This document shows positions 16,956-26,508 of a stretch of 59,921 nucleotides of DNA, in pieces (the stretch's first letter is position 1; every line of letters starts with the position of its first letter). This DNA is from a virus. The stretch lies in the IMG/VR virus record IMGVR_UViG_3300032080_000006, positions 1 through 59,921 of that record; one strand, written 5' to 3'. The notes beneath the pieces were generated by a model that was not told the origin of the DNA, did not search any database, and worked only from the letters and a program-made list of their open reading frames with translations. The position numbers and the translations under genes are program-made.

Positions 16956-19900
16956 TTATTTGATTCCCAGTGCTTGTCGCCAAGCGTTGCGGTTTGCTTT
17001 GACCTCCTGGACGACACTCGGCATCGAACCCTTGATGCCTTGCCGGACCAGGTCGGCCGGATCGGTGGTGAGCGTGATGTTCGGAGCGTACACCGGGGCG
17101 ACCGGATCCTGCCCAGACGAGCCCTGGTTGAAGATGTGCCGGGGGTTATCGTCCGTCAGCACCTCCTCGTTGCGCTGCAGGATGGTCGCATATTCGTCCG
17201 ACTTCAGCCCCGCCATGCCGCCACCATGGTAGACGCTGGGCGCGGTGAACTCGCCGGTGCTGATGCGGCGCTGGCGAGATGCACTGCCGACGAGACCGCC
17301 AGAGTGCTGCACACCGACCGCCGCCTTGGCCACTGCGACGTAGCCGCCGCTGGTGCCGTTGATGGCGTTCTGGATGGCGCGCAGGATGATGGCCTGGATG
17401 ATCATCTGACCGATGCGCTGCAGGAAGTCGGCCGCGAAATTGCGGAAGGCATCCATCGCGCCCTTGAATGCGTCACCGAGGCTGTTCGCGCCACTGATCG
17501 CGCCCGCCAGGCCCACACCGAACTGCACAACCGCTTCGGAAGCACCGCCGGAAATCTGCTCGCTGAACTTGCCCCAGAAGCCGGTGAGCTGTTGCGACTT
17601 TGCGCGCAGCAGTTCCACCCGAGCAACGTAGGCGTCGAGTGCGGTCGGATCCAGCTTGCCTTCCAGTGCGAGTGCGTTGGCGAAGACGAGTGCCTTGTTG
17701 GCCAGCTCCTGCATCAGCAGATCGTTGGAGGTGATCGCCTCGGTCGTTTTCGCCTGCGCTTCTTCGGTGCTGATGTTGCCGGATTCCATCAGCGTGTTGA
17801 TCGTCTTCAGACGGTCAGTTCGCGCAGTGGCCAGTTGGTTCAGACGGTCGTAGTAATAGTCCATCTGCTCCAGGTTCATCAGCTCGTCGATCGATGCATC
17901 GGCGCGCGCCTTTGCCTCGTCCGCAGCGTTGGTCGGCTGACCATTGCCTTCGAGCTTTGCCCGGTATGCAGCGATGTTGTCGTAGATCCCGGCGTACTGA
18001 TCCTCGATCGCCTTCAAGCGGCGATACAGATCCTGCTCCTGCTGCCGACCGGCCTTTGCATCGAGCGCATCGAGCTGGCCGAGCAGCTTGTCATGCGCAT
18101 CGGACATGCCCTTGTTGAACTTGTCGGTGACCTCGGTACGCAGCGCGCTGATCACGCGGTCGTATTCGGTCATGTACTTCTTGGCGGTTTCGCCGCCCAG
18201 TGCACCGATGCGCTCCTTCAGATCGCTGTACTGCTTGTCGATCGCGCTCAGCTGCGACGCCAGCGAATCCTTGTTCGCCTTCTCCGCACGCACGTCGATC
18301 GCGTTGAGCGCTGCCTCGATCGATTCGATCTCCTTCTGGCGCTTCTTGATTTCCTTGTCCTGGGCCGAAGTGTCTTTGGCCAGGGGGCTGTTGTAGTTCC
18401 CCTTGTCCGTAGACGCCAGCGCCGCGGCCTGCGCCTTTGCGGCGGCATCGACATCCCGCGTTCCCTCGGTCAGGTTGGCGTCGACCAGCTCGCGCGTGAT
18501 CTGCGCGGACGTGCGCAACTGATCCTCGGCGGCCTTGCGCATTTCGGCCAGCTTCTTCTTCAGATCGGCGTCGCCACCGAAGTCGAAGGTCACTGCCAGC
18601 TCAGCGGTCGCCGCACCCTTGGCCAGGTCCTCGAAGCCCAGCGCCTGCGCCGCGCCGCCGAACTGCCGCAGCGTGTTGCGGATGGCCAGGGTCATCAGGT
18701 TCAGCGCTGCGGCGAGCGAGCTGGTGACCGATCCGGTTGCCTGCTCCCACAAGATCTGGAACTCGCTGGTGAAGCGGATCCACAGATCCATCAGCCCGCC
18801 GATCGCAGCGGCGCCGGCAGCGCGGATGGTGCCGAACTTGTTGAGGAACGTGCCGATCTCCCAGCCTGCGACCGCGGCGAAGAAGATCATGAACGCGCTC
18901 TTCAGGCGGTCGACGCTCTTCGCGTTGGCCTCGGAAATGACGCCCTGCTCGATCAGCTTCGTGGTGACCGCGCTCAATGCCGCCACCAGGCCCAGCGCCT
19001 TGTACGCGAGCCAGGCGTCGACGAGGATCCCGACAGCGTTGGCCGCGGCCTCGCCGTCCTTCGCGCTCTCGCCAAGGATGGAGCCCAGGCCGCGCACGAT
19101 GTCGAGCAGACCCTTCAGCAGCACCGGCGGCTCGTCGACCAGCTTGAGGATGATGTTGAGCAGGCCTGCCGCTGCCGACGCAGCCTCGGAAAACGCCAGG
19201 CCCAGCGTCTGTGCAAACCGCTGTCCATCGGTGCTCTTCAGGTACTGCGTCAGCTGCTTGGTGAGGTCGATCAGCTTGTCGTACCAACCGGAGTTGGCGA
19301 TGACATTGCGGAATTCGAAGATGGCCGTGTTGAGGCGCGCCTGCTCCGACTGGAAGGTCTTGGTAGCAGCCGGCAGCTTGTCAGCCACGATGCGGCGATA
19401 CTCCTCGGCCACCTTGATCAGGTTGCCGGCGCCGACCATGCCGCCCTGAAGCGCTTTGTCCAGGTTCGGGAAGTCCTTGGCCAAGGCCTTCTGCGTGATG
19501 CCGAAGGTGCCGAACAGACGGTCACCGAGCTGTCCACGCAGTTCTTCCGCCTGGATCTTACCCTTGGACGCGATCTGCTCCAGTGCCTTGTAGACGCCAT
19601 CCAGTTCATCGGCACTGAGGTTGGCCACCTTGCCAACTTCGGCGAACGATTCGTAGATGAAGCGCACCGCATTCTTGTCGAAACCGCCCAGGCTCGCGGA
19701 TGCCGCGAACTTGGCGTAGCCCTTGCCGGCTTCTTCGAACGAGATGCCCAGGCGGTCAGCCTGCCCACGGATGTAGGCCAGGTCGTCGGCCACCTTCTGC
19801 GTGTCGTTGTTGTTGCTGATCGCAAGCTGGTTCTGGATGCCGGTGAGCGTGTCGCGCGCCTTGGCCGCCTCGGATGCCAGGTTGATGCCGCCCTGCAGAC

Positions 19901-21467
19901 CGATGTAGGCAGTGGTCAGCGCCAGCACCTCACCCTTGACGCGCTGCAGGAATCCAAGCGTGGTGCGCTCGCCGCCGACCAGTTTGTTGAAGCTGAAGCG
20001 CGTGCGGTCGTTGGCGTTGCTCAGCCGGTCCTGCGCCGCGGTGACCTGCCCGGTCGCCTCGACGGCGGTGCGTGCAGCGGCAGTGAGGCGTGCCAGTGCT
20101 CCCGACAGGTCGTTGGTCGAGATACCGGCCGCACGCAGGGCTGCCTGCGCCGCGCGTGCTGCTGCGACCTGGGTGTTGAACGCCTGGCTGCTCGTCTGCA
20201 GCGCGGCACGTGCGCGGTTGAGGTTTTCCACGTTGTCGGCAGCCGCCTGACCGCCCTTGGCTACGACCGCCGCGTACTGGTTCACCGAGGCGCGGGCCTG
20301 GACGTATTCCTCGCGGGCCGCACGCACGGCGCGGACCTGCTGCTGGAAGTGGTCAATGGCGCCCGCCTGCGCGCTCAGGGCGCGTTCGGACTCTGCCAGG
20401 CTACTCAGCGCGCCGCGATAGTCGAACAGCGGTCCACGGGCCGTACGCGCGGCCGCAGCCACCTCTCCGATCTTCTCCTCCACCCCGGTCAGCGTCGCGC
20501 GCGCGTTCCGGCTCGGATTCTGGATGTCGGCGATTGCATCACTGGCTGCGCGGATCGGCCCGCCCAGGTCGGTGGCGGCACGCGCCAATGTGGAGAAGCC
20601 CTTCGACGCTTCCAGGGCATCGGCGGCAAGCTGGCGGAACTGGGAGTCTCGCCGGTCGCTTGCCTGCAGCCGGGCCTGCGTCGCCGCCGCCTGCTGCGCG
20701 AGCTGGGCCTGCGCCGCCGCCAGGGCGTTGGTGCGCGCCAGGCTCTCTTCGTTGGCACGCTTCTCGGTCGCGGCGCGCGCGGCGATCAGTGCTTCGTAGT
20801 CGGAGTTGATCTGCTTCTGCGCGCGGCCGAAGGAGTCGGCCATCACCTTTGCGGCACGCTCCTGCTCATCGGCCAGGTCACGGGCAGCCTGGCGGGCAGT
20901 ACGGTTGACGGTGGCGAAGTCGCCGATCGCCTCCTGCGTCTTGGCCATTGCCACGCCGACATCAGCCGCGGCGGTGCGCAGGCGCTGGCTGGATCCGGCA
21001 AGGTCGTCGACGTTGACGCCCGCCTCGCGCAAGCCATCGGACATCGCAGCCTGGCGAGTGCGTTGGGCCTCCAGGCTGGTGCTGAGCTTGTCGACTGCGC
21101 TGGTGAGGCTGATCAGCTTGGTCTGCTGCGCGTCACTGCGGTCGGCGACGCCTTCCAGCGTGTCGCTGTAGGCCTTGAGCTTGTCCTGCGCCTTCTTCAA
21201 CGACGTCTCGGTCTTGCCGATCGTCGTGCCCAGCTTTTCGAAGGAGGCGATATTGCCGGCGACCGACTTCAGGCCCTCGGCAGCCGACTGCAACGAAATC
21301 AACGTGGCCTTCAGCTCATCCAGCGAGCCCTCGCCCTTCTTTGCCGCGGCGATCTGGCTTTCGATGGCTTTCTCAAGGCCGGCAATCGACTTGGTGACGC
21401 TGTCGATGTCCTTGGTGCCCTTTAACTGGGCACGGATGAGCAGTTCAATTTCGTTGCGATCGATCAC
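16956..21467 (-). CDS. Tape measure protein (1503 aa)
   Basis: Very long Ala/Gln/Lys-rich helical ORF downstream of the G/GT chaperones. GTG start at 21467. Confidence 0.9.
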   Translation of the reverse strand: MIDRNEIELLIRAQLKGTKDIDSVTKSIAGLEKAIESQIAAAKKGEGSLDELKATLISLQSAAEGLKSVAGNIASFEKLGTTIGKTETSLKKAQDKLKAYSDTLEGVADRSDAQQTKLISLTSAVDKLSTSLEAQRTRQAAMSDGLREAGVNVDDLAGSSQRLRTAAADVGVAMAKTQEAIGDFATVNRTARQAARDLADEQERAAKVMADSFGRAQKQINSDYEALIAARAATEKRANEESLARTNALAAAQAQLAQQAAATQARLQASDRRDSQFRQLAADALEASKGFSTLARAATDLGGPIRAASDAIADIQNPSRNARATLTGVEEKIGEVAAAARTARGPLFDYRGALSSLAESERALSAQAGAIDHFQQQVRAVRAAREEYVQARASVNQYAAVVAKGGQAAADNVENLNRARAALQTSSQAFNTQVAAARAAQAALRAAGISTNDLSGALARLTAAARTAVEATGQVTAAQDRLSNANDRTRFSFNKLVGGERTTLGFLQRVKGEVLALTTAYIGLQGGINLASEAAKARDTLTGIQNQLAISNNNDTQKVADDLAYIRGQADRLGISFEEAGKGYAKFAASASLGGFDKNAVRFIYESFAEVGKVANLSADELDGVYKALEQIASKGKIQAEELRGQLGDRLFGTFGITQKALAKDFPNLDKALQGGMVGAGNLIKVAEEYRRIVADKLPAATKTFQSEQARLNTAIFEFRNVIANSGWYDKLIDLTKQLTQYLKSTDGQRFAQTLGLAFSEAASAAAGLLNIILKLVDEPPVLLKGLLDIVRGLGSILGESAKDGEAAANAVGILVDAWLAYKALGLVAALSAVTTKLIEQGVISEANAKSVDRLKSAFMIFFAAVAGWEIGTFLNKFGTIRAAGAAAIGGLMDLWIRFTSEFQILWEQATGSVTSSLAAALNLMTLAIRNTLRQFGGAAQALGFEDLAKGAATAELAVTFDFGGDADLKKKLAEMRKAAEDQLRTSAQITRELVDANLTEGTRDVDAAAKAQAAALASTDKGNYNSPLAKDTSAQDKEIKKRQKEIESIEAALNAIDVRAEKANKDSLASQLSAIDKQYSDLKERIGALGGETAKKYMTEYDRVISALRTEVTDKFNKGMSDAHDKLLGQLDALDAKAGRQQEQDLYRRLKAIEDQYAGIYDNIAAYRAKLEGNGQPTNAADEAKARADASIDELMNLEQMDYYYDRLNQLATARTDRLKTINTLMESGNISTEEAQAKTTEAITSNDLLMQELANKALVFANALALEGKLDPTALDAYVARVELLRAKSQQLTGFWGKFSEQISGGASEAVVQFGVGLAGAISGANSLGDAFKGAMDAFRNFAADFLQRIGQMIIQAIILRAIQNAINGTSGGYVAVAKAAVGVQHSGGLVGSASRQRRISTGEFTAPSVYHGGGMAGLKSDEYATILQRNEEVLTDDNPRHIFNQGSSGQDPVAPVYAPNITLTTDPADLVRQGIKGSMPSVVQEVKANRNAWRQALGIK

Positions 21468-21468
21468 G

Positions 21469-22169
21469 TCAGGTTACCTCGTCCAGTTTTTTGAGCAGTC
21501 GCTTGAGAACACGGCCGCCCTGCTTGGAGAGGATCGAGGACATGGCCGTCTGAAGCAAGGTCGTTTCAATACGCATCCGGTCAGCGCGCCTCTGGCGAAC
21601 GATCCGAGCTTCGGACCACAACACGGCGAGCGGATAGTGCCTTGCATGTGCGTGGCCTTCCGACATCAGAAGGCTCGCGTCACGGCGGATCCCTAGGTAC
21701 AGGCGGATTACTGGGGTTTCGGGTTGACCTTCTGGGCCATCTTCTTGCCCTCTGTCATCCACCAGCTCAGGCCTTTCTTCGAGATGAGACTCGCCAGAAT
21801 CTCCAGGCCTTTTTTTACGCCACCCACCTCGGTGAATGTCAGTTCGGAAATGGCGGCCAGGGCTTGAACCTGGATGGGGAACGGCATCTGCTGCACCTTG
21901 GGTGCAGCCTCAGGCTCGCCTGCGCACATCGCGATCAGGTTTGCTGCGAAGCCTGGTGCCTGCGCGATGACGCGACCTGCGACCAGGGGGATGTTCTGCT
22001 TCTCGCGCTCGGCGAGATTTTCGAAGATGTCGAACAGTTGTTCGAGATCGGGAAGATGGACTCGGATTAGCGGAGACAGCTCGTGCAGCGAAACCCCCTT
22101 CACAGAGAAGGAGGTCTTGCCGACGATCTGAATCTCACGCGTTTCCGGTGTGTAATCGGAAATCGCCAC
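21469..22169 (-). CDS. Tail assembly chaperone fusion (gpGT analogue) made by a -1 frameshift
   Basis: After GTA AAA AAA G the -1 frame is open (KKRPGDSGESHLEERPELVDDRGQ...) through to the TGA at 21469. Confidence 0.6.
21708..22169 (-). CDS. Tail assembly chaperone (gpG analogue)
   Basis: 153-aa ORF between the tube and tape-measure genes. Contains the A7 slippery run. Confidence 0.8.
   Translation of the reverse strand: MAISDYTPETREIQIVGKTSFSVKGVSLHELSPLIRVHLPDLEQLFDIFENLAEREKQNIPLVAGRVIAQAPGFAANLIAMCAGEPEAAPKVQQMPFPIQVQALAAISELTFTEVGGVKKGLEILASLISKKGLSWWMTEGKKMAQKVNPKPQ
21810..21816 (-). promoter_or_regulatory. Slippery heptamer A AAA AAA for the G/GT -1 programmed frameshift
   Basis: Seven T on the plus strand (7 A on the coding strand), in phase as X XXY YYZ within GGV-KK-GLE. 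Confidence 0.6.
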
Positions 22170-22184
22170 GTGATGTTCCTTGGG

Positions 22185-22994
22185 TTAGGTCGGTTCTGCC
22201 TGACCGTTGATGTAGATCGCTGCCTGCTGGCCCTTGGTCAGGAACTCGACCGCGAAGGTCATGGTCTGCCAGTCGTCGCCCTTCAGCTCGTAGTCGCCAT
22301 CCGGGGTCAGCTTGGCGTGCGGGAAGTAGTACGTGTCGTTGCGACCGTAGGCGTTGTCTTCCTCGTAGCGGATCGCGCCATAGATCGGCTGACCACCCGA
22401 GATAACCTGACGCTTGGTGCCGCCGCCAACATCGTAGGTCACCGTGAGCACGTCGCCTTCGACGATGTTCGGAGCGTCCTCTTCGATGTAGATGCGGCCC
22501 TTGGCCAGATCCACCTCGTAGTTGTTCGGCTGCGCGACGGTCGTCGGGGTGGCACCCTTGGTGATGACCACGTTGCTCACCAGCTGCACGCCCAGTGGGA
22601 TGTCCACGGACACGCCCAGTTGGTAGAAGCGACCCAGCTTGACGGTGATGGTGTCGACGTCACCGGTGGATGCGGTCTGCACCACAGTCTCGGACTTGCC
22701 CTGCACGAACAGTGCCTGGTTCTCCGGCGAGATGTTGTCGCAGGTGATCGAGCCGGTAACGCTGCGGCTCAGCTGCACGGACGCGTCCTTGTTACGGACA
22801 CCCTCGTCGCTGCTGAAGTGCTCCAGGTCTTCGCTTTCGCTGGTGAAGGTGAAGCCCGGGGTGTTACCGATATAACGCTCGCCCTCGCCCAAGGTGGCAG
22901 CGACGATGGAAATGCCGAGGGGATAAGGGTCGAAATAAACCTTGCCCCGGCCGAGCTTGTACTGCTTGCCGTTCAGATCGGAAGTGATTGCCAT
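22185..22994 (-). CDS. Major tail (tube) protein (269 aa)
   Basis: Position between the terminator-like neck genes and the chaperones. Beta-rich Thr/Val/Gly composition. Confidence 0.75.
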   Translation of the reverse strand: MAITSDLNGKQYKLGRGKVYFDPYPLGISIVAATLGEGERYIGNTPGFTFTSESEDLEHFSSDEGVRNKDASVQLSRSVTGSITCDNISPENQALFVQGKSETVVQTASTGDVDTITVKLGRFYQLGVSVDIPLGVQLVSNVVITKGATPTTVAQPNNYEVDLAKGRIYIEEDAPNIVEGDVLTVTYDVGGGTKRQVISGGQPIYGAIRYEEDNAYGRNDTYYFPHAKLTPDGDYELKGDDWQTMTFAVEFLTKGQQAAIYINGQAEPT

Positions 22995-23012
22995 TTTGGA
23001 TCCTCAGTTGAT

Positions 23013-23035
23013 GCCGTCCGGGGGATCAGGACGGC
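23013..23035 (-). other. Stem-loop in the leader of the tube gene
   Basis: gccgtcc / ggacggc forms a 7-bp stem with a 9-nt loop in the 53-bp gap upstream of ATG 22994. Confidence 0.3.
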
Positions 23036-23047
23036 GCTACGATACCT

Positions 23048-23551
23048 TCACCCCTGTGCCCCAGCAACTCCAAGGCGCACAGGCAGGAAGAAGTTCGTGC
23101 TCGCGGAGACCTCATCGCTCAGCGGCCGGACAACGCCCGGCCCCCACGAGATGGCCGTAATGAGTCGGCCCAGCAGGTACTCCTCCGGGTACAACGGATT
23201 GCCGTTGTTCTTCACTGCCTTGAGGCGACCCAGGCGACGCTCGACGGCATGCATGAAGTTGTAGGAGGGATCGCTGGGGTTTTCGGGGTCGTCCTGGGTG
23301 CGCCCATTGAGCAGCAGCATCCAGGTGGGCTCGTGCGTCGCCTGGCCCAGCTCACCGGCGAAGCGCTGGATGTCCGGACGCGGGCTCTCCAGGATCGACA
23401 GGATGGTTTCGCCGCGGTTGTCGCCGGTGATGCCCAGGCCGCGATAGACGCAGCCCTGCAGGTCGTAGCCGTACTCGTCGACCGTCATGCCGGCCAGGTG
23501 AGTGGTGAGCGCTTGCAGGATGCGCAGACGGGGGCTGATTTCAAATGCCAC
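23048..23551 (-). CDS. Tail terminator-like protein (gpU position)
   Basis: GTG 23551 (VAFEISPRLRILQALTTHL); an alternative ATG is at 23491. The upstream part of the track ORF is Arg/Ser-rich junk. Confidence 0.6.
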   Translation of the reverse strand: MAFEISPRLRILQALTTHLAGMTVDEYGYDLQGCVYRGLGITGDNRGETILSILESPRPDIQRFAGELGQATHEPTWMLLLNGRTQDDPENPSDPSYNFMHAVERRLGRLKAVKNNGNPLYPEEYLLGRLITAISWGPGVVRPLSDEVSASTNFFLPVRLGVAGAQG

Positions 23552-24137
23552 TGGAAAGCCTCGCGAATTGACGAAGGAACTCGTTGCTGAGGTTCCGCGA
23601 CAGCTGCGGGGTGATGTCGCTGGCGACGCCGCGGAACACCTGGTCGACCGAAGGGCCGTACAGCAGGTAGACGTTGTTGGAAAGCTGCTTGGCGCCGTCC
23701 GAGTTGCGCAGGGTCTCGCCCTTCGGTAGGCGTACGGCCACTCCCAGGTTGCCATTGCGCAGCGGCACCATGAAGGCCTTGCGTAGCACCTGGGTGCGAC
23801 CCTTCTTGACCTGCACGCGCACGCCCTGGCCGCGGGTGTTCTGCGGGTTCTGCCCGCGCGCGAACCGCGCCAATGAGGTCGGACGGTCGCGGCCGACGAT
23901 CGAGGCTTCGATGCTGACGCTGGTGGCACGACGGTTGACGCTCAGCCGGCGACCACCTTCCAGGTAGCCTGCGGGAAAGTCAACCTGGGCGCGCATCTCG
24001 CGCTTCGACAGCGTGATGGCGTCGCGCTGGGCGACCTGGTTGACGGCGAGGACTGCGGCGCGCTCTGCCACCTGGGGCAAGGCTTCGAGGTATCGCCGCA
24101 TGTCAGAGAGGCCGGAGGCCACGGCGAAGGCGACCAT
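23541..24137 (-). CDS. Tail completion / neck protein (gpZ position)
   Basis: 198-aa ORF MVAFAVASGLSDMRRYLEALP, placed in lambda-like order after the FII-like gene. Confidence 0.65.
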   Translation of the reverse strand: MVAFAVASGLSDMRRYLEALPQVAERAAVLAVNQVAQRDAITLSKREMRAQVDFPAGYLEGGRRLSVNRRATSVSIEASIVGRDRPTSLARFARGQNPQNTRGQGVRVQVKKGRTQVLRKAFMVPLRNGNLGVAVRLPKGETLRNSDGAKQLSNNVYLLYGPSVDQVFRGVASDITPQLSRNLSNEFLRQFARLSSGI

Positions 24138-24139
24138 CG

Positions 24140-24499
24140 CTATACCACCGCAACCTTCCAGATCTCCTCGATCGGGCCGGTGGTGCGCGGCTCGCGTTCG
24201 AGCAGTCGGAAGCGGAGACCGTAGTCCGGAAAACTGATCACTGCGTTGGTCACAGGAGCGAGGCCGAATTCGGCCAGTTGCTCTGTCAGGAAAACGATTC
24301 GGTCAATACCTTCGAGGTGCTGGGTGTAATCCTCACCGCCGGCCGCCACTTCAAGCGTCTGCTTGTTGTGCCAGCGTGCGGTGAGGCCCTTGTCCGCGGA
24401 GATGCTGACCGAAGCATCCTCATACGACACGGCCACGCCGAAGGTGCTATGCACCACTCGGCGTGCCGATGCCTTCGCCTTGGCGAAGTTGAAGCCCAT
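24140..24499 (-). CDS. Head-tail joining protein (FII-like, 119 aa)
   Basis: Size and position match lambda FII. The start overlaps the upstream stop. Confidence 0.65.
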   Translation of the reverse strand: MGFNFAKAKASARRVVHSTFGVAVSYEDASVSISADKGLTARWHNKQTLEVAAGGEDYTQHLEGIDRIVFLTEQLAEFGLAPVTNAVISFPDYGLRFRLLEREPRTTGPIEEIWKVAVV

Positions 24500-24852
24500 T
24501 ACAGGTCGCCGTCGCCGGGCTTGCCTGCGGTGGCCGGAGCCTTGCCGGCTTCGGGGGTCTTGGCTGCGTTCTTGGTCGCGTCAGCAGCTGCAGCGGCCGG
24601 CGAATTGCCGGTGCCCGCGGTGGTGGTCGTGGTGGTCGTGGAGGTGGCGGACTGCTGCACCGAAGTGGTGGGCAACGGATCTTCGTTCACCGGCTTGCGC
24701 AGCCACTGACCTTCCTTGCCGGCCGACTTTTCCTGCTCGGTGATGGCCTTCAGCTCTTCTGCGCTGAAATCGAAGACCTTGTTCGGCGGCACGCTGATGC
24801 GCTTCTTGTCGCGAACGAGGGTCAGGGATACGAGGGGTACGCGCTTGGGCAT
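24499..24852 (-). CDS. Hypothetical head-associated protein with a low-complexity tail (gpFI position)
   Basis: ATG 24852 (MPKRVPLV) lies after the capsid-gene terminator. It carries a poly-Thr run and an Ala/Lys/Pro-rich tail ending GDGDL. Confidence 0.55.
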   Translation of the reverse strand: MPKRVPLVSLTLVRDKKRISVPPNKVFDFSAEELKAITEQEKSAGKEGQWLRKPVNEDPLPTTSVQQSATSTTTTTTTAGTGNSPAAAAADATKNAAKTPEAGKAPATAGKPGDGDL

Positions 24853-24883
24853 GACTAACTCCTGGAATGGATGGGTGTTGCGT

Positions 24884-24916
24884 TCAAAGCGTAACCCCGG
24901 CACGTGAATGCCGGGG
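24884..24916 (-). terminator. Intrinsic terminator/attenuator after the major capsid gene
   Basis: ccccggca / tgccgggg forms an 8-bp stem with a 6-nt loop, followed on the minus strand by TTACGCTTTG. Confidence 0.5.
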
Positions 24917-24934
24917 CTAGAGGGTGGCGCTGGC

Positions 24935-25993
24935 TTAGCCGACCTTGATCATGAAGGAGCCGTCCGGATCGCTGGGAACCATCAGCGGCGCCGACTGCGT
25001 CATGACCATTTCCTGCCACGGATCTTCGGTCTGCTTCCAGTTCTTCGGGAAGCGCGACAGAGCCACGAAGTCAGCATCACCATCCTTGATGGCGCCGTAG
25101 CAACGGGTGCCGCCGAATGCTTCCGGGGCGATACCCACCACTGCGAGCGGATCCATCATATCGCGCAGCACGCCGTCTTCGCCGCGTTCCTTGCCGGTGT
25201 AAACCCACAGACGCATGGAGCTGGAACCCGGCAGGCCGGTCAAACGGCCCATGTACTCGACGCTGTCCTCGAAGCCGTCGTTGATCGCCGAGATCTCGGT
25301 CTCGGAACCACGATAGTTCTTGTCGAGCAACTTCTGCACCTTCGGATCGTTCATGAACAGATCGAACGCCTCGCGGCCGAAGATGTAGTCGCGCACAACA
25401 CCGCCGTTGGTACGGGTGTTGACGTTGGCACGCGCCTCGCGCAGATCTTCCAGCGGGTTGGCGTCAGCCTGGCCCCAGCGCGCGGTGCCCGAGAGCAAGA
25501 CGGTAAGCGAGGGATCACGCTGGAAGTTCACGACGGTGCGCGGGTAGTTCTCGCCTTCGATGACAACGCTACCGCTGATGACAGCACTCGCAGCCATGTA
25601 CTCTTCAGTCATGGTGATCATGTTGTCCTGGCGCTGCAGCAGCTGTGCCACCTTGGCATCGCGGCGTGCACCCGGGCTCAGCGAGCCGGTGACCGGGGTC
25701 TCGCCAGCCTGGCGACGGAACGGGGTGAAGATGTCCACGGCGTGCTTCGGCTTGAGGTACGCCGGACGCAGGTACATCGTGTCGTAGCCCTCGTCGGCCA
25801 GGATCTTGCCCTGGACGTTGGGAGCAACGAACGGTGCACGACGACGGTAGTCCTCGTTGACACGGTCGAAGATGATGTTGTCGTCATCGAAGTTGATGAC
25901 CTGGGTGAAAAAATTCAGCCAGAACGGCTTGACGTTCCGGACCTTGCGCTGCACCGCCAGCAGGGTAGCGGTATCGTAATATTCTCCAGCCAT
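24935..25993 (-). CDS. Major capsid protein, lambda gpE family
   Basis: MAGEYYDTATLLAVQRKV..PFWLNFF...APFVAPNVQGK pattern. 352 aa, preceded by a decoration gene. Confidence 0.9.
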   Translation of the reverse strand: MAGEYYDTATLLAVQRKVRNVKPFWLNFFTQVINFDDDNIIFDRVNEDYRRRAPFVAPNVQGKILADEGYDTMYLRPAYLKPKHAVDIFTPFRRQAGETPVTGSLSPGARRDAKVAQLLQRQDNMITMTEEYMAASAVISGSVVIEGENYPRTVVNFQRDPSLTVLLSGTARWGQADANPLEDLREARANVNTRTNGGVVRDYIFGREAFDLFMNDPKVQKLLDKNYRGSETEISAINDGFEDSVEYMGRLTGLPGSSSMRLWVYTGKERGEDGVLRDMMDPLAVVGIAPEAFGGTRCYGAIKDGDADFVALSRFPKNWKQTEDPWQEMVMTQSAPLMVPSDPDGSFMIKVG

Positions 25994-26050
25994 TGGTAGT
26001 TGTCTCCTGGTTGGCTTGGTGTTGTACCGGTTACCCGGCTGGTTGGGTGA

Positions 26051-26473
26051 TTAATCGACCGTGAGAATCGGCTTGACTTCGCCGATGAAGATGTTGCTGC
26101 CGGCGAAGGCTGCACGACGTTCGGCCAGGTTGTCCACGGCAGTGCCTGCCGGCCACACCAGCGCCAGGTGGTTGAAGAAGCCGCCGACGTGCGCCGGAAA
26201 TTCCATCGTCCCGGTGTAGTTGGCCGGAACCGGCTGGCTGAGGAAGCCGATCGCGCGCTGGGTGCCATCGGTTGCTGCAGGCGCCAGTGCGACCAGTTCG
26301 CCAGCGGCGTTGAGCGCCACGACGGTGTAGAGGGCTGCACCGGCGGTCTTCAGCGCGGTGGACAGCGGGAAGTGGCTGGTGACGGTCGGCGCATCGCCAG
26401 CGAGCAGCTGGATCTGGGCCGGGTATTCACCCAGCTTGCCGTAGCCCGCCAGCATGTTGTCTTCAAGTGCCAT
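26051..26473 (-). CDS. Head decoration protein, gpD-like
   Basis: 140 aa, lying between the protease/scaffold and capsid genes. Gly/Ala-rich gpD-like sequence. Confidence 0.75.
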   Translation of the reverse strand: MALEDNMLAGYGKLGEYPAQIQLLAGDAPTVTSHFPLSTALKTAGAALYTVVALNAAGELVALAPAATDGTQRAIGFLSQPVPANYTGTMEFPAHVGGFFNHLALVWPAGTAVDNLAERRAAFAGSNIFIGEVKPILTVD

Positions 26474-26508
26474 TGATTTTCTCCGAAGTGAAGGGGCTTG
26501 CAGCTAGC

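Noticed and set aside
16818-21425. A 1535-aa ORF on the plus strand, the longest ORF in the track
   Set aside because: It is the antisense shadow of the tape measure gene. Its composition is dominated by Arg/Leu/Gly/Ala with no motifs. It has no SD and no compatible neighbours on that strand. Long antisense ORFs are expected in high-GC DNA.
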